Positions 61,001-64,000 of a stretch of DNA of 64,000 nt are shown one piece after another. The notes below the pieces were generated by a model that worked only from the letters and a program-made list of their open reading frames with translations, did not search any database and had not been told where the DNA came from. Positions within the stretch are counted from its first letter, which is position 1, and every line of letters begins with the position of its first letter. The stretch is from Dipteris shenzhenensis (lineage: Eukaryota): NCBI GenBank assembly GCA_047967505.1, contig CM106538.1; one strand, 5' to 3'. Both the position numbers and the translations under genes were made by a program.

Positions 61001-63410
61001 TTGCTATGCAAAATGCGGAGTTATGGCATGCTAGATATGGGCATATGAGTTATGGCAGCTTGATGACACTTCAAAAACATTCTATGCTTGATGCTTTGCC
61101 TCCTTTGGAGTCACCTCCTCATGCCTGTGAAGGGTGCATACTTGGAAAGACGCACAGGTTTCCCTTCAAGAAGGATGGTGCAGTATGAGCTGTTCACAAA
61201 TTACAACTCATTCATAGTGATGTTTGTGGTCCCATGAGGACTCCTGCGTTGGGTGGTTATCTCTATTATGTCACATTTATTGATGACTACTCAAACTACA
61301 CTTGGGTCTATTGTTTAAAGAAAAAATCAGATGTGTTTAAGCATTTTCAACACTCTGTGGCAAAGGTTGAGAATGAAATAAGCCTCACGGTTCAGATTCT
61401 ATGCATAGATAGAAAGGGGGAGTATATGTCTCATGAATTTGAAGCTTATTTGAAAGAGAAAGGCATCACACATCAGCTTACAATGAGGCTTACCCCTCAG
61501 CAAAATGGCAAAGCTGAGCGGAAGAATAGAACTCCTATAAAGATGGATAGATGCATGCTCACAAGCAAAAGGTTGCCTCACAGGTTTTAGCTTGAGGGTC
61601 TCATGTGTGCCAACTACGTTTTGAATCAGGCTCCCACGCAGTGGAAGATGCTATTAGGCAAGAGATTACAGAAATACATGCAGCCAAATCTGTTTCCAAT
61701 TGGCTGCTCCAAACTCTCAGGGAGAGTAAACTTGATGCTTCTTTGGCTGGTAGAACTCGTAGTGCAGCAAGGCACGAAGGGGGGGCTCTTTTTGTTGAAT
61801 CAGCTTATGCAGGCACTCTTCTTGATGAGGAAGAGCCTGATACTTTTGAAGAAGCTAAGGACAATGTGCATTGGATGAATGCCATGCAAGATGAGTTGCA
61901 GTCCATTGAGAAAAAATAGACCTGGAATCTTGTGGATTCACCACCAGGAAAGAATAAGAAGGGCATTGATTATGAGGAGACATTTGCTCCTACTTTCAGG
62001 ATGACCACTATCAGATTTGTTATTGCTATGGCTGCACATTTTGATTGGAATGTTCATCAATTGGACATAAAAACAGCTTTTCTTAATGGAGACTTATTGG
62101 AAGAGATTTATGTCCAAAAACCTCCTGGCTTTGAAATTTCGGGTAATGTACATCAAGTTTGCAAGCTGAATAAAGCTTTGTATGGGCTGAAACAAGCCCC
62201 ACGTGCATGGTACTCCAAGATTGATGCCTTTCTGACCAGCAAGGGGCTTTGTAATAGTCCAACTGAAAGTACCCTCTACATCAAGAAGGATGGGGGGGAT
62301 ATTTTGGTTATTATTCTTTATGTAGATGACATGCTGCTCACAGGGTCACATGAAGAAAAAATTGTAGATTTCAAAGCTGATTGAAAGCTACATTTGACAT
62401 GCCAGGTTTGGACATGTTACATTTTTATTTGGGGATCCAATTCATACAAGATAGACGTGGCATTATTATGTCTCAATCCAAGTATGTGCAATACATTTTT
62501 ATTTGGGGATCCAATTTATACAAGATAGACGTGGCATTATTATGTCTCAATCCAAGTATGTGCAAAAACTCTTGGATCGGTTCAACATGCAAGATTGCAA
62601 GCCTACAGCCACTCCCATGGAGCCATGGCTGAAGCTTACTCTATATGATGCAGGTAGATGCCACACTCTACAGCTAGGCTGTTGGATGCCTCATTTATTT
62701 TTGCAATACTCTGCCCGATATTCAGTTTGCAGTATCACAGGTGAGCAGGTATATGCACGGCCCAAAGATATCACATCGGCAAGCTGTAAAACGCATCTTC
62801 CGTTACTTGCAAGGCACAAAGTCTTATGGCTTGATGTGTCCTAGGAGGGGTGACTTGCAGATGAATGCTTACAGTGACTCAGATTGGGCTGGAGATTATG
62901 ACACTAGGCAGTCCACAAGTGGTAGTTTTTTCTTTTTGGGACATGCTTGCATTTCTTGGCTAAGTAAGAAGCAATCTATTGTGGCTACTTCCTCATGTGA
63001 ACCTGAGTATAGGGCAGCTTTCACAGCAACAGTTGAGTGAGTGTGGCTACGCCGTTTATTTGCTGATCTTCACCTATCATTGGAGGGTCCTTCTAAAATT
63101 CTCATTGATAATTAGAGTGCTATAGCAGTTGCAAAGAATCCATGTCGTACATCATCACATTGGCATTGCAGGGGGATGTTGGAATTATCGCCATAATTCA
63201 TGGCAGTGACCAATGTATAGTAATAAGTGAGTTAGGGGCACTTTTCCCTCATTAGAGGTTTTTTCCCCTAACCACAGTCAGGATTCCTAACAACGGTTAG
63301 TGGATAGATTTAGGTTTTGTCACTTAGACAAAGCCTTCACCTCTTGTATGTTTTTCTTTATCTTATCTATTCTACGTTTGCACTCTTCTTGCTCTCTCTT
63401 GCATCCTTCA
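58011..63410 (+). mobile_element. Element E: degenerate Ty1/Copia LTR retrotransposon, sense to GET3
   Basis: ~230-bp LTRs at 58011-58240 and 63177-63410; PBS tggtatcaaagc at 58243-58254; PPT gcaggggga before 63177; TSD degraded (gctct/ggtcc). Confidence 0.9.
59245..63140 (+). pseudogene. Element E gag-pol, with many stops, frameshifts, deletions and duplications
   Basis: HLWDYVNG; LLLQEEQ; NSSATKHI...DVLYVPGIKKNLLSV; LWHARYGH; YYVTFIDDYS; QLDIKTAFLNG; LYVDDML; YSDSDWAG. Confidence 0.9.
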
Positions 63411-64000
63411 GGTCCACAGTGGATGCTTGCAGTTCAAGTTAATGTTCTCGAGGTTGCAGGCAAACTAGCTATTGCTTGGGTATTTCAGTGAATCAGTTGA
63501 CACCTGTGATAGTCTGGGGAGTTGTGTAATCTATTTGGGCTGCTAGCAACAACTCCAAGTTTTATGCAGGTGTTTGAACTGAAATGGATGCCTATTGCCA
63601 TTGGGGTGTTAGAGGAGGGCCAAGTAAGGTTAATGCTTGGGACACTGATGCCTGCTGAGTGTGGGAAATGCCGTAAATGAAAATGAGATTGAACTCATTG
63701 TGTATCTATTTGCAAATCTCCCCATTTAGTAAAGAAATACTGAAAGGGGCGCGCCAAGGTTTGGGGCCAATCTATGTCTTTATCTTGGTGTAGGGGCACT
63801 CTAGCTCCCAATCTACAAGTTGTATATTTGCTGAATTGTTCATGTAATAGTGTTGGCTGACCCTTAAATTTATTGAAGGCCGGTTTCACTTCCCACATCT
63901 TGGTTTTAGAACATGGCAGTTCAGCTTCCCAACGGCCCAATTAGAAGGGCTTGTAACCAAATGATGATATTGATGAAGCCTTTGTAAAGAACAAAATCGA

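Noticed and set aside
49033-64000. Search for further GET3 exons
   Set aside because: No INPE-type exon seen; presumably beyond the window, so gene integrity cannot be confirmed.

Overview
Eukaryotic, almost certainly land-plant nuclear DNA; the very long introns and element types suggest a large-genome non-seed plant such as a fern, but that is inference. Most of the window is retroelements. One host gene is visible on the + strand: an organellar GET3/ArsA-family ATPase. Two exons are clear (48672-48886, 48970-49032). A phase-compatible candidate transit-peptide exon lies at 20096-20333, implying a ~28.3 kb first intron, and the next intron runs past the window end. That first intron holds a four-level nest, each level bounded by a target-site duplication (TSD): gag-only Copia-derived element A (23277-44302) > chromovirus B (25251-42113) > non-autonomous element C (29431-39185) > full-length L1/Tx1-like LINE (31375-38842). 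The LINE has an intact 1463-aa ORF2; its ORF1 is broken only by a 13-bp tandem duplication and carries an unassigned C-terminal domain. Also present are a complete short-LTR Copia (2802-7156), a UDP-glycosyltransferase pseudogene, an RT-less Athila-like relic, a very young chromovirus (49661-56329, two LTR differences seen) and a decayed + strand Copia (58011-63410). Recurring patterns are many 13-193 bp tandem duplications, dense (CC)GTAC clusters in unrelated element leaders, and a strong minus-strand insertion bias. I found no CRISPR, rRNA or tRNA genes. Coordinates were read by eye and may be off by a few bases.
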